Shown here: positions 31,168 to 34,858 of the stretch, piece after piece
How the letters are laid out: each line of letters opens with the position of its first letter
How positions within the stretch are numbered: position 1 is the first letter of the stretch
From: Nanobdellota archaeon
Lineage (GTDB): Archaea > Nanobdellota > Nanobdellia > Pacearchaeales > GW2011-AR1
Direction of reading: 5' to 3'
NCBI GenBank assembly: GCA_038045485.1
Contig: JBBSYA010000030.1
Span: 1-34,858 of the forward strand
Length of the DNA: 34,858 bases
Notes under the pieces: generated by a model
Database searches by the model: none
What the model saw: only the letters and a program-made list of their open reading frames with translations
What the model was told of the DNA's origin: nothing
Position numbers and translations under genes: made by a program

Positions 31168-31707
31168 TTATAACTTAGAGAACCCTTTAATCAGACTTTT
31201 CTGACGTACTTCTGGATGAAATAAAACACCATAGATTTCTTTTTCTTTGTGTTTTATTGCCTGACAAACTTCAGAAATATTATAATTCTCAAAATGCATA
31301 GGCAGATAGATAAAATTATTATGTAAATGATAAACTTCCTGCTCATCTTTCAAACCTAAAAATTCTTTATCAAAAATTTCCTTAAAAAAACCAATTTCAG
31401 TCTTTTTCCCAACATTAGCCCCATAAACTTTCCCAATTATTTGCATCCCTCCGCAAATTCCCAAAAGGGGCTTCTGAAAACTTTTTATCCATGAAAATCT
31501 TGTTTTAGCATCTTCAATAAACTCATTATCTTTAAGCGAAGTCCCACAAATTATAACCTTCTCGCATTTTTCCAAATCTTTTTGCTGAACTTCTTTGTAT
31601 CCCTTTGTAAAGAAGGTTATTTTATTTAATCTTAGAATATCCTCAGTCGGCTTAACAAACTCAAGATAATGCAGTTTCTCTTTACAAATATTTATTAAAA
31701 GTATCAT
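31168..31707 (-). CDS. Class I glutamine amidotransferase (stand-alone glutaminase subunit, GuaA-N/PabA-like)
   Basis: The nucleophile elbow is LLGICGGMQIIG and the His-Glu pair is VLFHPEV. 179 aa. Its start overlaps the GNAT gene's stop as ATGA. Confidence 0.75.
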   Translation of the reverse strand: MILLINICKEKLHYLEFVKPTEDILRLNKITFFTKGYKEVQQKDLEKCEKVIICGTSLKDNEFIEDAKTRFSWIKSFQKPLLGICGGMQIIGKVYGANVGKKTEIGFFKEIFDKEFLGLKDEQEVYHLHNNFIYLPMHFENYNISEVCQAIKHKEKEIYGVLFHPEVRQKSLIKGFSKL

Positions 31708-32138
31708 AATTTTTTCTCCATAATATACTTTTGTTTTTTATTATTAATTCTAATAATCTTATAACCGAGCCTTTCATAAAATCCAACTGCTGGATTTTTT
31801 ATTAAAACGTCCAATTGTGCTTTAGAAACTTGTTTAGCATATTGATTTTCAACAAAATTCATCAATTCTTTACCATAACCCTTTCCCTGATTTTTTGGAT
31901 TAACTAATAAGAAGCCAATCTCCAAGGTATTACTCTCAATTTCTACACCAATAACTCCCTCAAGACCTTTTTTATCTACTAAACCAAATACTTCTCCCTT
32001 TTGAAAAACTTCTAAAACAAAATCCCTAATGCCTTCTACAGAGTATTTTCTACCAAGTTTATCCCATAAGGGAAAAATTGCTTTTTTATGTAACTTAATA
32101 ATATCTTCAACAGAATTTTGATTAATTTTTTTTATCAT
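31704..32138 (-). CDS. GNAT family N-acetyltransferase
   Basis: The acetyl-CoA-binding motif is VNPKNQGKGYGKELM (Q/R-x-x-G-x-G/A). I place the start at the ATG at 32138-32136 (MIKKINQ), 1 nt after the upstream gene's stop. Confidence 0.8.
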   Translation of the reverse strand: MIKKINQNSVEDIIKLHKKAIFPLWDKLGRKYSVEGIRDFVLEVFQKGEVFGLVDKKGLEGVIGVEIESNTLEIGFLLVNPKNQGKGYGKELMNFVENQYAKQVSKAQLDVLIKNPAVGFYERLGYKIIRINNKKQKYIMEKKL

Positions 32139-32139
32139 T

Positions 32140-32802
32140 TTATTCAAACACCGCCCGCCATGCATTTCCTTCACCAACAACATCTTTTATTTTAACATCA
32201 AGTTTTTTCTTAAAAAAGGGGCAACTAAGCACAAGCGATTCAAACTCTCCACCTTCGCCAGCAGGATTTATTTTATACTTCTCCTGCATTTCTTTTATTT
32301 TTTCAATAAACTTAGTATCAATTCTTCTTCCAACCCATTTAGCATCAAAAGGATATGCAGCAACCCCTGAAATAATAACTTCAAACTTGCTTTTAATAAT
32401 CTCTTCAAGCAATTCTATCTGATTCTTCTGCCAAAGTGGATTAAAACATTCTATCCCAAGTTTATTGCAAATTGTTTGTATTCTTGATGCCTGATAAACC
32501 GAACCGACAGCACCCGTAACAATTCCATCAATCGCATGTTTTTTTATTGCTTTTTTTATTGCTTTTTCCAAGTCTATAATCTCATCTTCTTTTTCGCCAG
32601 CGGTTTCTTGTCTAACAAGAGGAATATCCATAAGCAGGGCTTGCTTTTCAACAAGTTCTATTCCAGGAGTATGAAACATAAAACTATCTTTATTTTCAGA
32701 ATATAAAGTTATCACACATTCTATAGCATATCCTTGTTTTTTTGCAAGCCAGGCTGCATACATCGAATCTTTTCCGCCACTAAATAAAACGCCCACTCGC
32801 AT
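32140..32802 (-). CDS. dph6: PP-loop ATP pyrophosphatase of the MJ0570/Dph6 family (diphthine-ammonia ligase-like)
   Basis: MRVGVLFSGGKDSMYA carries the SGGKDS PP-loop. The family-typical NPAGEGGEFESLV motif is present. 220 aa. Confidence 0.8.
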   Translation of the reverse strand: MRVGVLFSGGKDSMYAAWLAKKQGYAIECVITLYSENKDSFMFHTPGIELVEKQALLMDIPLVRQETAGEKEDEIIDLEKAIKKAIKKHAIDGIVTGAVGSVYQASRIQTICNKLGIECFNPLWQKNQIELLEEIIKSKFEVIISGVAAYPFDAKWVGRRIDTKFIEKIKEMQEKYKINPAGEGGEFESLVLSCPFFKKKLDVKIKDVVGEGNAWRAVFE

Positions 32803-32852
32803 GTATCTTAAAGAAAATAAATCTTTATAAAGTTAATATTAAACTCAACATT

Positions 32853-33299
32853 ATGAACGCCCCGGGTAATTTTTGGTTAGGCGAATTCAATTCTTCAGAT
32901 TTTGAAAGATTAAATTATGGGCCCCCATTATTAGATGAATTAGAAGATGAAAAAGGAAATGTAATAATCCCCCATTATTTTTACTTAGATATTGAAGAAG
33001 TAAAGAATGAAAAATTTTGTGGTTTTACAAGAGATATTCTGGGCCATGCTAAAATAGAAGGGTATCTTAAAAAAGTTTCGCCACATCTTCAAGTAGTATT
33101 GTTTACTCAAGAATATCTTTCTAAAGCAAGGAAAAATGGCGCCACTTCAAATGTCCTGGTTCTTAGGGCAGTGTTAACCTCTGCAAGACTAAAGCTTTCC
33201 GAAGAAAGGCAAGAATTAGCAACAGGAATACGAACCGGAAGAAATGAAAATTCGAGATATCCTTCAACAGAAGCTTTCATTATGCGAAAAATTTACTAA
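32853..33299 (+). CDS. Hypothetical protein (148 aa), possibly a distant paralog of 34316-34732
   Basis: ORF-track ORF. Its C-terminal ..STEAFIMRK resembles ..GSGAFIMEK in the other protein. Confidence 0.45.
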   Translation: MNAPGNFWLGEFNSSDFERLNYGPPLLDELEDEKGNVIIPHYFYLDIEEVKNEKFCGFTRDILGHAKIEGYLKKVSPHLQVVLFTQEYLSKARKNGATSNVLVLRAVLTSARLKLSEERQELATGIRTGRNENSRYPSTEAFIMRKIY

Positions 33300-33388
33300 A
33301 TACACAACCTTTTAAAATTCTCTTTAACATATACAATTATGTTGAACTTAAGGGAAGTTGAGTGTCAAGAAACCGAAGGTGTCTTACA

Positions 33389-34309
33389 ATGCCAGTAAAC
33401 GCGTCCTATGAATTCGCAAATGCGGAAAAGCAATTTCAATCAGCACAAACCGACGAAGAAAGACTCGAAGGTTTAGAAGAAATGTTACGAACCGTTCCCC
33501 GCCACAAAGGAAGTGAGAATATAATAGCAAATCTTCGAACTCGTTACACAAAACTAAAAGATAAAATAGAAAAACTAAAGTCTCAGAAAAAAGGCGGTGG
33601 CGGAGTTAAGTTTTCAGTTAAAAAAGGAGATATGCAAGTAACTCTTGTAGGATTAACAAATTCTGGAAAATCTTCTATTCTAAAATTACTCACAAATGCA
33701 AATCCTCACATCGCACCCTACGCTTTTACAACTCAAACTCCGGAAGTAGGTATTCTCTATTACGAAAATTGTCAAATACAAATAATTGACTTGCCGGCAA
33801 TTGGCGCAGACACTTTTGATACGGGAATAATAAACACCTCCGATACTGTTCTTGAAGTTGTTGAAAAGATTTCAGACATTCCAGAAGTAGAAAAAGTTCT
33901 TACAAAATTTAAAGGAAAAAGAATCGTTGTTTTCACTAAAATAGATAAATTAGATTTTAACACTAAAAGAAAAACGCTCGAAACTCTTAAAACAAAAAAG
34001 TATAATTTTGTAATGCTTTCGGCAAGAACTGAAGAAGGTTTAGATGAACTAAAAGAAAAAATATTCAAATCATTTAATAAAATCCGGGTTTACACAAAGC
34101 AACCAGGAAGAGCAGAACACGATAACGAACCAGTCATCATGCTCCCAAATTCAACAGTAGAGCAGATAGCAAGAATAATCTTCAAAGGTAGAACCGATGT
34201 AATAAAACGGACAAGAATTTGGGGTCCATCAAGCAAATTCGGAGGCCAAGAAGTAGGTGTTAAGCATGTTCTTAAGGATAAAGATATTTTGGAGTTCTTA
34301 ACGAGATAA
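33389..34309 (+). CDS. DRG-family GTPase with a C-terminal TGS domain (Obg/DRG class)
   Basis: G1 is GLTNSGKSSIL, G3 is IIDLPAIG and G4-like is FTKIDKL. A Gly-rich linker (KKGGGG) precedes the G domain. The TGS-like C-terminus is IRVYTKQPG...RIWGPSSKFGGQEVGVKHVLKDKDILEF. I place the start at the ATG at 33389; the track start at 33362 is a GTG. Confidence 0.85.
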   Translation: MPVNASYEFANAEKQFQSAQTDEERLEGLEEMLRTVPRHKGSENIIANLRTRYTKLKDKIEKLKSQKKGGGGVKFSVKKGDMQVTLVGLTNSGKSSILKLLTNANPHIAPYAFTTQTPEVGILYYENCQIQIIDLPAIGADTFDTGIINTSDTVLEVVEKISDIPEVEKVLTKFKGKRIVVFTKIDKLDFNTKRKTLETLKTKKYNFVMLSARTEEGLDELKEKIFKSFNKIRVYTKQPGRAEHDNEPVIMLPNSTVEQIARIIFKGRTDVIKRTRIWGPSSKFGGQEVGVKHVLKDKDILEFLTR

Positions 34310-34315
34310 TCAGGT

Positions 34316-34732
34316 TTAAAAAAGAAAAGATTTTTTTGGATTTTTCAATTTATATTTAAATAATTCCAATAAAACTTCTGAATCTCTAAATTTTTCCATT
34401 ATAAATGCCCCACTACCTCTCGGCTTATCCGCCCCCGCCATACTTCCATAAGTTCCCCGATAAATTCTTCCTTCTTTTCTACCCCGGTAATGCCATCTTC
34501 CAATTGGGGCTTCTGTTCTTTGATAACTATTATAATCTGTAATAAAATCTACTGTTACTGGAGAAAACCGTCCCTGAAATTGACCGCAGCCCAAATCATC
34601 AAATCTCTCTCCTTCTAAATTCATTCCAGTTCTTTTAGTAGTTAATAAAAAAGATAATCCCTGAGAGCCATTACTATCGTTAGTCCAAACAAAGATATAA
34701 TCCGGTTCTAATCTAGGCAAGAGAGGATTCAT
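34316..34732 (-). CDS. Hypothetical protein (about 138 aa)
   Basis: ORF-track ORF. I prefer the ATG at 34732 (MNPLLPRLEPDY...). It is Gly/Arg/Tyr-rich (GRWHYRGRKEGRIYRGTYGS). No motif recognised. Confidence 0.45.
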   Translation of the reverse strand: MNPLLPRLEPDYIFVWTNDSNGSQGLSFLLTTKRTGMNLEGERFDDLGCGQFQGRFSPVTVDFITDYNSYQRTEAPIGRWHYRGRKEGRIYRGTYGSMAGADKPRGSGAFIMEKFRDSEVLLELFKYKLKNPKKSFLF

Positions 34733-34858
34733 ACTAATATTAAAATAAAACAATATTTAAGCATTATTATAATCAAGTGACAATACAATTTATCTTCTCT
34801 CCACATTCCCACACTTCAAACAAGTAAATAATGTAACACTTTTTTCATTACCTAAAAT

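Noticed and set aside
1-34858. Search by eye for tRNA, rRNA or other GC-rich structural RNA islands, and for transposase, integrase or defence-system genes
   Set aside because: I noticed no T-loop-like GGTTCRAWYC motif or its complement. There are no extended GC-rich islands. No ORFs carry DDE, tyrosine-recombinase, Cas or restriction-modification-type motifs. A proper tRNAscan or Infernal run could still find something I missed.

Overview
This is a visibly AT-rich, gene-dense archaeal window; GC content was not computed. Archaeal hallmarks are aEF-1beta, an RPA-type OB-fold/zinc-ribbon ssDNA-binding protein, Hef helicase and ERCC4 nuclease, a DRG/TGS GTPase, a Dph6-type diphthamide PP-loop enzyme, and many proteins with class III (prepilin-like) N-termini. 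Composition, tight packing and the many small membrane proteins suggest a small-genome, DPANN-like archaeon, but that placement is inference. I found no rRNA, tRNA, CRISPR array, transposase or integrase.

The dominant system is a dispersed type IV pilus-like apparatus:
- an A24 prepilin peptidase at 6081-6959;
- a roughly 5 kb reverse-strand operon (12466 down to 7379) of eight pilin-like genes plus two very small class III-like membrane ORFs missing from the ORF track;
- a FlaJ/TadC-like platform protein at 12648-14822;
- an unlinked FlaI/PilB-type ATPase at 20263-22542;
- three paralogous small polytopic membrane proteins next to the machinery genes.

The least explained signal is in the intergenic DNA:
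- A 39-nt block is nearly identical directly upstream of three unrelated genes.
- Next to that block lies a hairpin whose arms covary between copies, followed by a stem enclosing a GAA-triloop hairpin.
- A 121-bp copy pair differs only by one compensatory base-pair swap, and one of the two copies has no gene directly downstream.
- A second family of palindromes is nested inside one another.

Other oddities:
- Hef is split into helicase and nuclease genes by a 245-bp spacer of unusual composition.
- Translationally coupled Dph6-like, GNAT and glutamine amidotransferase genes form one cluster.
- A Q/Y-rich prion-like protein sits beside a small coiled-coil protein.
- HIT, M50 and PHP family members have degenerate catalytic motifs.
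- A 31-bp tandem duplication spans a stop codon.

All coordinates for hairpins and small ORFs were derived by hand from the printed sequence. All homology calls rest on recognised motifs, not on searches.
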